A stretch of 64,000 nucleotides of DNA, from the NCBI GenBank assembly GCA_036676495.1, contig JAKFCT010000029.1, positions 1 through 64,000 on the forward strand, read 5' to 3'. The position numbers and the translations under genes are program-made. This document shows positions 1-7,208 of the stretch, piece by piece (position 1 is the stretch's first letter; every line of letters starts with the position of its first letter). The DNA comes from Candidatus Sericytochromatia bacterium. GTDB lineage: Bacteria > Cyanobacteriota > Sericytochromatia > S15B-MN24 > UBA4093. Under the pieces are notes generated by a model, which was not told the DNA's origin, did no database searches, and saw only the letters and a program-made list of their open reading frames with translations.

Positions 1-252
1 ATGGAAGAGCTCTCCGAGGAGGACAAGATCACGGTCGCCCGTGCCCGCCGCCTCCAGCGCTTCCTCTCGCAGCCCTTCTTCGTCGGCGAAGTCTTCACCG
101 GCGTCCCCGGCCAGTACGTCAAGCTCGAGGACACCATCCGCGGCTTCAAGGAAATCTGCGAAGGCAAGCACGACAACCTTCCCGAGCAGGCCTTCCTCAT
201 GGTCGGAACCATCGAGCAGGCCGTCGAGAAGGCCAAGAAGATGGGAGCCTAA
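1..252 (+). CDS. atpD: F1F0 ATP synthase beta subunit, C-terminal part (runs in from before the window)
   Basis: [32 protein letters not shown]...LPEQAF is the conserved AtpD C-terminus; followed by epsilon. Confidence 0.98.
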   Translation: MEELSEEDKITVARARRLQRFLSQPFFVGEVFTGVPGQYVKLEDTIRGFKEICEGKHDNLPEQAFLMVGTIEQAVEKAKKMGA

Positions 253-255
253 CCC

Positions 256-666
256 ATGGCCTTCACCCTCGAGATCGTCTCTCCCGATCGGATCGTCCTC
301 AGCGAAACCGTGGACTTCGTCTCGGCGCGAGGCGTCCAGGGCGAGTTCGGCGTCTTGACCGGTCACGAACCCTTCTTCACCAAGCTCGTCCCCGAGCTGC
401 TGACGTTCACCCAGAACGGCAAGCATGAAGTGGTCGCGGTCATGGGAGGGTTCCTGGACGTTCAGCCGAGCAAGGTCACCATCCTGACCGAGGCGGCTGA
501 GCGCGCCGCCGAAATCGACAAGCTCCGCGCCGAGAAGGCCAAGGAGCGCGCCGAGATCCAGGCCGCCAACGTCAAGGACACCCAGGTCGAGGCCGCCCTC
601 TCCCGGGCCCTGGTCCGTCTGCGGGCCGTCGAGGTCCTCGAGTCGACGCGCGGCTTCCGCCACTAG
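256..666 (+). CDS. atpC: ATP synthase epsilon subunit
   Basis: LEIVSPDR, GEFGVLTGH, MGGFLDV, ILTEAAE motifs; directly after atpD. Confidence 0.97.
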   Translation: MAFTLEIVSPDRIVLSETVDFVSARGVQGEFGVLTGHEPFFTKLVPELLTFTQNGKHEVVAVMGGFLDVQPSKVTILTEAAERAAEIDKLRAEKAKERAEIQAANVKDTQVEAALSRALVRLRAVEVLESTRGFRH

Positions 667-684
667 CGCTCGCTCCAAACCCCA

Positions 685-727
685 GCCTGGCCCCCGGAAC
701 CTCCGCGTTCCGGGGGCCAGGCCTTTC
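685..727 (+). terminator. Intrinsic terminator of the atp operon
   Basis: Perfect 16-bp stem GCCTGGCCCCCGGAAC/GTTCCGGGGGCCAGGC, 6-nt loop, short T-rich tail. Confidence 0.8.
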
Positions 728-736
728 TCCGCTTTG

Positions 737-806
737 TTAAATCCCCAACAAGCCTTCGCTGGGAATCCGTTGACTCGCGCATCAAGCCCCCCGGATCCGG
801 GGATAA
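737..806 (+). promoter_or_regulatory. Putative alternative-sigma promoter of the LysM-GH19 gene
   Basis: cgCGCAtc(776-783)-N15-GGGGATAA(799-806); weak TTAA-N7-ACAA box at 737-751; same spacing as motifs before other orphan genes. Confidence 0.3.
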
Positions 807-862
807 GAGCCCTAGCGGGGAACGTTCCCCTTCCACTCAGCACGACCCTCGAGGAGCGCCGC

Positions 863-1639
863 ATGAACGTCAAGATCAAGTTTGGAGATACCCTCAGCGA
901 ACTCGCCCAGAAGTTCAAGACTTCCGTCCAGGACCTCGCCAAGGCCAACGGCATCAAGGATCCCAACCGCATCTACGCTGGCAACGACCTGAAGCTCCCC
1001 GGCGACTCTTCCAAGGCCAACGGCTCCCAGCGCTACCAGGCCTACCAGGGAGCTTCCCAGCCGGGTGGCAAAGCCGCGACCGCGGGCTCCCCGCCGCCCC
1101 TGCCCGCCGACTTCCCCGTCAAGCTCGATCCGGGCGAGATCGCCCGCGCCCTCGACGTCCCCGAAGAGAACGTCAAGCAGTACCTGCCCCACATCATCCA
1201 GGCCATGGCCGACAAGGGCATCACCGACCCCAACGCGGTGGTCGGCATCCTCGCGACCATCAAGACCGAGGTCCCCAACTTCGCTCCCATCGAGGAGTAC
1301 GCCTCGGGCGCCGCCTACGAGGGCCGCAGCGACCTGGGCAACACCCAGGCCGGGGACGGCGTGCGCTTCAAGGGCCGCGGCTTCATCCAGCTCACCGGCC
1401 GCGCCAACTACGAGGAGTACGGCCGGAAACTCGGAGTCGACCTGGTGGGCAACCCCGACTTGGCCCTGGATCCCAAGATCTCCGCCAAGATCCTGGTCGA
1501 GTACTTCGCCGAGCGCGGAGTGGACGACAAGGCGGCGTCCGGAAACTGGGAAGGCGTCCGGCGGGCCGTCAACGGCGGCATGAACGGCTGGAACACCTTC
1601 ATCGCCGCCGTCGGAGATCTGCGCAACACGGTGGCCTAG
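863..1639 (+). CDS. LysM domain + GH19 (lysozyme/chitinase-like) hydrolase, no signal peptide
   Basis: GDTLSELA..NGIKDPNRIYAG LysM; EYASG..YEGRSDLGN, FKGRGFIQLTGRANY, VRRAVNGG GH19 motifs; ATG 863 preceded by GAGGAG. Confidence 0.88.
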   Translation: MNVKIKFGDTLSELAQKFKTSVQDLAKANGIKDPNRIYAGNDLKLPGDSSKANGSQRYQAYQGASQPGGKAATAGSPPPLPADFPVKLDPGEIARALDVPEENVKQYLPHIIQAMADKGITDPNAVVGILATIKTEVPNFAPIEEYASGAAYEGRSDLGNTQAGDGVRFKGRGFIQLTGRANYEEYGRKLGVDLVGNPDLALDPKISAKILVEYFAERGVDDKAASGNWEGVRRAVNGGMNGWNTFIAAVGDLRNTVA

Positions 1640-1657
1640 CTCCCACCGAAACTAAGA

Positions 1658-2902
1658 TTAGAAGCGAATCTGAACTCCCGCGTTGACGCGGGTCTGGGGC
1701 TGGTCGAAGACCGGCCCCTGCTGGTGTTCGAGGCCGACGAAGAAGGACGCGTTCTCCTTCTCCCCCACGATCCGCCCCGAGGCATAAGTATTCCAGTCCT
1801 GGCCGGGAGCCTTCATGGCACCGGCCTCCACCTCTCCGCGAATCTGGTAGCCGAAGGCCCGCTCGCCGATCGCATCGGTCTTCCAGCGGCCGTAAAGGCG
1901 CCCGCCCTCCCCACCGGGTCCCGAGAGGACCTCCCCCCCGACTCCCAGGGTCGAATGCGCGAAGCGCTTGTCGAGGTGGCCCCCGAGGGTTTGCACGTCG
2001 TTCTCGCGGAGGTAGCGCACGCCGGCCTCCGTGGTCGCATCCGTGTAGCGGGCCGCGAGAGCGGCTCGGGTGGCATCTCCCGTCTTCTCGTAAGATCCCG
2101 ATGCCTGCAGCAGCCCGTCAGGTCCGATCTGCGCGGCGACCTGGCCCGAGAGGGCCTGGCGATCGCCCTGATGCAGGCCCGCGATCGCCGCCTGAACGTT
2201 CCGGCTCGTCAGCGAGAGCGTGCCAACGGTGCCCTCGCCTTCGGCATGCCGGACGCTGCCTCGGATCGTCGCCTCGTTCACCCGAGCCGTGAGCGCTCCT
2301 TCGGCGGAGAACTGGCCGTTGCGCTCCCGAAGCGTGGCCTCGGCCTGGAGATCGGGATGCTGGACGCGCGCGGAAGCGACGGTTTCGGTGAGCGAGGCGC
2401 TGGAGGTATGGGCGGCGATCGCCTGGACGCGCGCCTGACCCAGCGAGGCGTCCACCCGGCCGGCCACGGCCCTCTGATCCGCGATCGTGGTGAGGCCGAC
2501 TCCGGCCGTCAGGGTGCCTGCCTCGTTCGAGAGCGTGCGCAGCGGCACCCAGGCGGCGTCCAAAGGACTGACGGAAGCACCGGGTAGCGAGGGCGTGGGG
2601 CCTGCCACGGGGGGCAGACCCGGCTGGGGCACGGGCATCGGGGCCGGCAGTTCGGCCGAGGCAGCCGGCGGCCGTCGGAAAAGGTTTCCGATCCAGGCGG
2701 CGAGCCCCCTCAGGAAGGACGCCACGACGTCGAAGAGGGCGTGAAGGCCCGACGCGCCGGCTCGCGAGGGCGCGGTGGGGGAGATGCTGGGAGGCATCGA
2801 GGGGAGCATGGGCGCCGCAGCGCCCCCCGCTCGGATCGCCGGCCGGGGGGCAGAAGGCATGGGGCGGGGAGCCGAGAAGGCTTGCGGCTGCAGCGACGTC
2901 AT
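1658..2902 (-). CDS. Orphan: Pro/Ala-rich N-terminus, then amphipathic beta-strand (beta-barrel-like) region ending in Phe
   Basis: GGAGGA RBS; Gly-rich alternating strands; C-terminus RVNAGVQIRF; no Sec signal. Confidence 0.7.
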   Translation of the reverse strand: MTSLQPQAFSAPRPMPSAPRPAIRAGGAAAPMLPSMPPSISPTAPSRAGASGLHALFDVVASFLRGLAAWIGNLFRRPPAASAELPAPMPVPQPGLPPVAGPTPSLPGASVSPLDAAWVPLRTLSNEAGTLTAGVGLTTIADQRAVAGRVDASLGQARVQAIAAHTSSASLTETVASARVQHPDLQAEATLRERNGQFSAEGALTARVNEATIRGSVRHAEGEGTVGTLSLTSRNVQAAIAGLHQGDRQALSGQVAAQIGPDGLLQASGSYEKTGDATRAALAARYTDATTEAGVRYLRENDVQTLGGHLDKRFAHSTLGVGGEVLSGPGGEGGRLYGRWKTDAIGERAFGYQIRGEVEAGAMKAPGQDWNTYASGRIVGEKENASFFVGLEHQQGPVFDQPQTRVNAGVQIRF

Positions 2903-2923
2903 CTCGGATCCTCCCGCGACAGG

Positions 2924-3622
2924 CTAGACCGGGTTGCGGGAGAGGATGTCGGCGGCCGTGCGCACGCTCATCAGGCCCGACTCGATCTCGCTCATGGTCT
3001 TGAGGAAGTTGGCATCGTTCACCTTGAAGAGGCCCGCCAGGCCCTTCGCAGCCATCACCACTCCCAGCGTATCGGTGCTGAAGCGGAGCATGTCCTGGCC
3101 CAGCGTGGAGACACCGACGGTCTGGGTCCGGAAGTTGGGCTGAACGCCCTGCGAGACGGCCGTGAGGGCCATCTTGGCCTCCATCAGGAAGGAGAGGATC
3201 TCGCTGGGGTTGGGCTTCTTGACTTGCAGCAACTCGAGGGTAGGCTTGAGCATCGCGACGTGCTGGGTCAGCATGTCGAGGTGCGGCAGGGCCTGCAAGG
3301 CGGCGGCGCGGGTCTCGGGGGTGATCGTGACGGGAGGCTGCGCCGGGGGGGCAACGGGACTCACGGAGGCGGCCGCCGGGAAGCTCTGGGCGCCTTGGGG
3401 CTGCGGGGCCTGCGCCGGAGCGAAGAGGGTCTGGAAGAAGTTCCGGAGGGCTTGGCCCAGCTTGGTGAAGAAGCCGGCCAACATCGCGCCGAAGTCGCTT
3501 CCCGCGGACTGGGCCTGCGGCATGGCCGGAGGCTGAGCAGGGGCCTGGGGGGAGGCGACGGGAGCGGCCACGGATCGAACGACGGGCTGCTGGGTGATGC
3601 GGGGTCCGAGCGTGCTGATCAT
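2924..3622 (-). CDS. Orphan helical protein with Pro/Gln/Ala-rich N-terminus
   Basis: AGGAGG RBS, host-like GC-rich codon use, 21 nt upstream of 1658-2902. Confidence 0.75.
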   Translation of the reverse strand: MISTLGPRITQQPVVRSVAAPVASPQAPAQPPAMPQAQSAGSDFGAMLAGFFTKLGQALRNFFQTLFAPAQAPQPQGAQSFPAAASVSPVAPPAQPPVTITPETRAAALQALPHLDMLTQHVAMLKPTLELLQVKKPNPSEILSFLMEAKMALTAVSQGVQPNFRTQTVGVSTLGQDMLRFSTDTLGVVMAAKGLAGLFKVNDANFLKTMSEIESGLMSVRTAADILSRNPV

Positions 3623-3703
3623 GGCGTGCCTCCTGAGCGATAACCGGTGAAGGGGATGAGCGGTGCCGGAAAGCCACCGGGGTGGGCCTGCTCACCAAAG
3701 GAC

Positions 3704-3756
3704 TTATCGTCAGTCTGCATGGGGAGTCGGTAATCGGAGGGTGAACCCTCGATTAA
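3704..3756 (-). promoter_or_regulatory. Sigma28-like -10 element GACGATAA plus TTAA-N7-TTCA box
   Basis: TTATCGTC at 3704-3711; TGAA-ccctcga-TTAA at 3742-3756; -35 does not match the other copies. Confidence 0.35.
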
Positions 3757-3773
3757 GCTTCAGGGAGAACGGA

Positions 3774-3801
3774 GTCGAGCGGACCCGCAGGCCCGCTCGA
3801 C
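3774..3801 (-). terminator. Hairpin downstream of the metallopeptidase gene
   Basis: GTCGAGCGG...CCGCTCGAC 9-bp stem; weak U tail. Confidence 0.4.
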
Positions 3802-3818
3802 GAAGCGGTGGCTAAGTC

Positions 3819-4664
3819 CTAGGCGTAGAGATCCCAGGCTTCGGTTTCGTTGGTGCCCCAGAGGCGGTTGTTGCGCCCGGTCAGCTGGTACTCGGCGTAG
3901 TTCCCGGCGAGGAAGGCGGCGAACTCCAGCGGCTGCTCGGCGTAGCGCTCGAAGTTCGATTCGTCCGTGTACGAGACGTAGCCGTGCGACTGCGGGGTGT
4001 TGCCGCGCCAGGCATTGGTGAGCTCGCCCAGCGCTCCGCCGGGAGGCAGGGGGAAGCTGACCATCCGGTGCTGGAAGGCATGGGTCATCTCGTGGACCGT
4101 CAGGTAGACGAGGTCTCCGGGGGCCGCGTCCTTCAGGAGGCCGGTGGTGATGGAGTAGAGGTAGTTCTCGTCGAAGGAGTAGCCGCCGCCCACCCAGGGC
4201 TCATCGAGGACCTGGGTATCGATGGGGGGCAGGTTGTAGATACCCGAGACGATCTGCTTGACCCGCTCGACCAGGCGAAGCTTCTGATCGTCCGAGTACA
4301 CTCCGTACGCGACGGCCATGGAGACCTCGGGATCGTTGCGCAGGGCCAGCGAGATGCTCTCGAAGTAGGGGCCCATCACCTGCTTGGTGAGGAGCTTCAT
4401 GCGCTCCGGGGTGCCCGGGATATCTTCGAGGCCGAGGACCTTGGGTGCCGTCGGGGCGTAGGAGGCGGGTATCGAAGCGGCGGGATAGGACGCGCTGGGG
4501 ACGAAGGCGTCCTGGCCGAAGACGCTCGAAGCCGCCGGCATGCTCGGCTGCATGGCAGCGGGCGGCATGACCGCGGGCTGCATCGCTACGGGCTGGGCAT
4601 AAGCGGCCGAAGGGGTGGGGTTCGGCGTGTAAAAATCGCTGAAGGGCTTCGTCGAAGCGTACAT
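3819..4664 (-). CDS. Putative zincin-type metallopeptidase with low-complexity N-terminus
   Basis: HEMTH (HExxH) plus downstream QPLEFAAF glutamate; ATG 4664 with GAGGAGG RBS; no signal peptide. Confidence 0.7.
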   Translation of the reverse strand: MYASTKPFSDFYTPNPTPSAAYAQPVAMQPAVMPPAAMQPSMPAASSVFGQDAFVPSASYPAASIPASYAPTAPKVLGLEDIPGTPERMKLLTKQVMGPYFESISLALRNDPEVSMAVAYGVYSDDQKLRLVERVKQIVSGIYNLPPIDTQVLDEPWVGGGYSFDENYLYSITTGLLKDAAPGDLVYLTVHEMTHAFQHRMVSFPLPPGGALGELTNAWRGNTPQSHGYVSYTDESNFERYAEQPLEFAAFLAGNYAEYQLTGRNNRLWGTNETEAWDLYA

Positions 4665-4717
4665 GGGTGAGGCCTCCTCGCCTTCTGACAAGCGCCCGCG
4701 GCTCTTGCCTTGGGATC

Positions 4718-4775
4718 TTGTCGGGGGAGCGAGGAGGCCTCTTGCGTCTTGGGGCGGATCTTAACGGAGGCTTAA
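4718..4775 (-). promoter_or_regulatory. Putative promoter GACGCAAG-N15-CCCGACAA with perfect TTAA-N7-TTAA box upstream
   Basis: -10 at 4718-4725, -35 at 4741-4748, TTAAcggaggcTTAA at 4761-4775. Confidence 0.45.
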
Positions 4776-6014
4776 CTACCGAGCGGCCAGAGCCTTGGTC
4801 TTGGGGGCGTCGGCGATCTCGAGGATCACCTCGGCGCCTTCCCGGGTCTGGTTCCAGAAGTCGGCGACGCGGGAGTACGGGGGATCGAAGCCGTCCCGGC
4901 GGCTGCCGACCTCGTAGGTGAAGCCGAAGGTGCCGTTGGCGTGGTAGGCGTAGTCGTTGTGCTCACCGGCATGGGGGTAGAGCTGCGAGCTCTGGTGCGC
5001 GTCGTACTTGCCGGCCTCGGCGAGCTTGTCGGCGATCGCCTGCATCCGCTTCTGATCGGGAGCCGGCTGATCGGTGTAAGCCCAGGGGTAGAGGACGATT
5101 TCGGAGTAGGAGTGGTAGGAGAGGGAGACGGGGAACTTGAACTGCTCGTGCAGCTTCTTGATGGCCTGGGTCTCGGGCTCCGAGAAGGGGGCTCCGCCGA
5201 CGAAGATCGGGCTCTTGGGATCGCGGCTGGTGCCGACGCCTGCCCACTGGTAGCCGTAGTTGCGGTTCAGGTCCACGCCGAAGAAGGGCGCGCCGCCGTA
5301 GGTCGAGTTCGCATTCTTGCGCCAATCCAGCCCCTGGGCCGCCCGAGCGTGGCCATCCGGGTTGAGCATGGGGACGATCCAGATGTCGCGGGTCTCCAGC
5401 CACTTGGTGATCTGGGCGTCGCGGCCGTTGCCCTTGACGAGGTGCTGGATGAGCATCAGGGGAAGCTCGACGGTGGCGAGCTCGCGGGCGTGGGTGCAGC
5501 CGGTGAAGAGCACCGGGGTCGCGCCGGGCTTGCCCATGCGGACGGCCCAGATGTCGCGATCGGCCTTGCCCTGGGTCTTCTCCCAGGTGTCGCCGATGTC
5601 GACCAGCTTGGCGATGCCGGGGTTGGCGGCGGTGATGGCCTTCAGCTCGGCGAGCAACTCGTCGTAAGTGTGATAAGCGGGATCGAAGGTGTTGTCGAGG
5701 TAGTTCGAGCCGCCGACCTGGATGGGCACGAGGGTGAAGCCCTTGGCCTTGAGGTCGCGCGCCTGCTTGGCGGTGACGCCGGCATCGACGGCTCCCATGC
5801 GCACGGAAAGGATCTCGGCGCCGGTGGCCTCGATGGCCGAGACGTGCTTCTGGTCCTGGATCTTGATCTCGACGGTGGCGGGGAGGCCGTTGGACTGCGC
5901 GAGAACCTTGTCGAGGCTCTGGTTGGTCTGGGGAGAGAGGAAGGACTGCTGACTGCAGCCCACGAGCAGGGAGACGGCGAGAGCCAGACCGAGGGGGCGC
6001 AGCGTACGTTTCAT
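4776..6014 (-). CDS. M14 zinc carboxypeptidase (carboxypeptidase T-like), lipoprotein
   Basis: Lipobox LLVGC; HARE, NPDG, WRKN, GVDLNRN, SEPET, HSYS motifs. Confidence 0.93.
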   Translation of the reverse strand: MKRTLRPLGLALAVSLLVGCSQQSFLSPQTNQSLDKVLAQSNGLPATVEIKIQDQKHVSAIEATGAEILSVRMGAVDAGVTAKQARDLKAKGFTLVPIQVGGSNYLDNTFDPAYHTYDELLAELKAITAANPGIAKLVDIGDTWEKTQGKADRDIWAVRMGKPGATPVLFTGCTHARELATVELPLMLIQHLVKGNGRDAQITKWLETRDIWIVPMLNPDGHARAAQGLDWRKNANSTYGGAPFFGVDLNRNYGYQWAGVGTSRDPKSPIFVGGAPFSEPETQAIKKLHEQFKFPVSLSYHSYSEIVLYPWAYTDQPAPDQKRMQAIADKLAEAGKYDAHQSSQLYPHAGEHNDYAYHANGTFGFTYEVGSRRDGFDPPYSRVADFWNQTREGAEVILEIADAPKTKALAAR

Positions 6015-6041
6015 CGAACCTCCATCACAGGGATCCCAGCT

Positions 6042-6098
6042 TTAAGTTCGGGTTAACCGACAGGGAGTTATCGTCGTTCCCGAAGCAAAACTTGCGTC
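6042..6098 (-). promoter_or_regulatory. Putative promoter GACGCAAG-N15-GACGATAA with perfect TTAA-N7-TTAA box downstream
   Basis: -35 at 6091-6098, -10 at 6068-6075, TTAAgttcgggTTAA at 6042-6056. Confidence 0.45.
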
Positions 6099-6215
6099 CC
6101 GCATCGGCAAAAGAAAGTCCAGATCCCAGGACCCTCTGGCTCCTCGATTCGGGCTGTCGTATACTGATAGCAGGCAATTACCACTGCGGGAGCCGCAGGC
6201 GCGAGGAGGCCCGTC

Positions 6216-7208
6216 GTGTTATCCAACTTTTCTGCGAAGGCCATCGAAGCGATCGAACGTGCCCGAGAAGAGGCCAAGCGCCTGGAGTTCAATCAGGTCG
6301 ATTCCGACCATTTGCTCTTGGGCCTCCTGGCCGAGGGCAACGGGGTGGCCGCCCGGGCGCTCAAGACCATGGGCTACGATCTTCGCAAGGCCCGCTTCGC
6401 CACCGAGCAGATCTCCGGGCGCGGGTACATGGGGACCGACCTCGACCAGCTCACCTTTTCGGCGGCGTGCACCCGGATCTTCGACGCGGCGCTGGCGATC
6501 GCCGGCAAGACCGAGCCCGTGCTGGTCGACACCCAGGACCTGCTCTTCGCGATCCTGAGGCAGCGGGAGAGCCGAGGCGCCAAGGTCCTGCGCCAGATGC
6601 AGGTCGACCTCGACGCGTTCGAGGGCCGCCTCATGGAGATCCGCAACCAGGACCTCGCGAGCCCCACCCCGGCGCCGCCGGATCCCCTCCATGCGATGCT
6701 GCCCCAGCGCTTCAATCCCCGCCTGCTCTCCGGGCTGGGCGAGCAGGTCTGGGACGCCGCCCATCAAATGGCACGCTCCTTCGGCCATACCATCGTGGGC
6801 ACCGAGCACCTCCTGATCGCCCTGCTGGCGGTCGAGGAAGGGCTCGCCTCTCAGGTCCTGCGCCAAAACGGCCTCACGCGCGTCGAGGTCGAGGCCGTCG
6901 TGCACCGGGTGATCGGCAGGGGCTCGGGGACCATCCCCGAGAAGCTCATGCTCTCTCGGCTCGGCGCGGCCACCCTGGAGGCTGCATGGAGCGAGGCGCG
7001 CCGGCGCCACCATGAGCAGGTGGGCACCGGCCACATGCTCTATGGCCTCCTTCAGCTGGATGCCGGCGGAGCGCTCGCCATCCTCGACATGCTGCGCATC
7101 AACCTCGCCGGCGTCCAGTACGACCTCGAACAGGCCTTCGAGGAAGAGCCGGAGGCGGTCGAGCCCGCCGGCCCGCGTCCCGAAGCACCGGTCACGCTGA
7201 ACGAATGA
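6216..7208 (+). CDS. Protein made only of two ClpC-type N-terminal (Clp_N) domains, no AAA+ module
   Basis: FSAKAIEAIERAREEA..DHLLLGLL and GHTIVGTEHLL..VGTGHML repeats; no Walker A; GAGGAGG RBS before GTG. Confidence 0.85.
   Translation: MLSNFSAKAIEAIERAREEAKRLEFNQVDSDHLLLGLLAEGNGVAARALKTMGYDLRKARFATEQISGRGYMGTDLDQLTFSAACTRIFDAALAIAGKTEPVLVDTQDLLFAILRQRESRGAKVLRQMQVDLDAFEGRLMEIRNQDLASPTPAPPDPLHAMLPQRFNPRLLSGLGEQVWDAAHQMARSFGHTIVGTEHLLIALLAVEEGLASQVLRQNGLTRVEVEAVVHRVIGRGSGTIPEKLMLSRLGAATLEAAWSEARRRHHEQVGTGHMLYGLLQLDAGGALAILDMLRINLAGVQYDLEQAFEEEPEAVEPAGPRPEAPVTLNE

Noticed and set aside
863-1639. Prophage endolysin
   Set aside because: No holin, structural or integrase genes nearby; host-like codon usage
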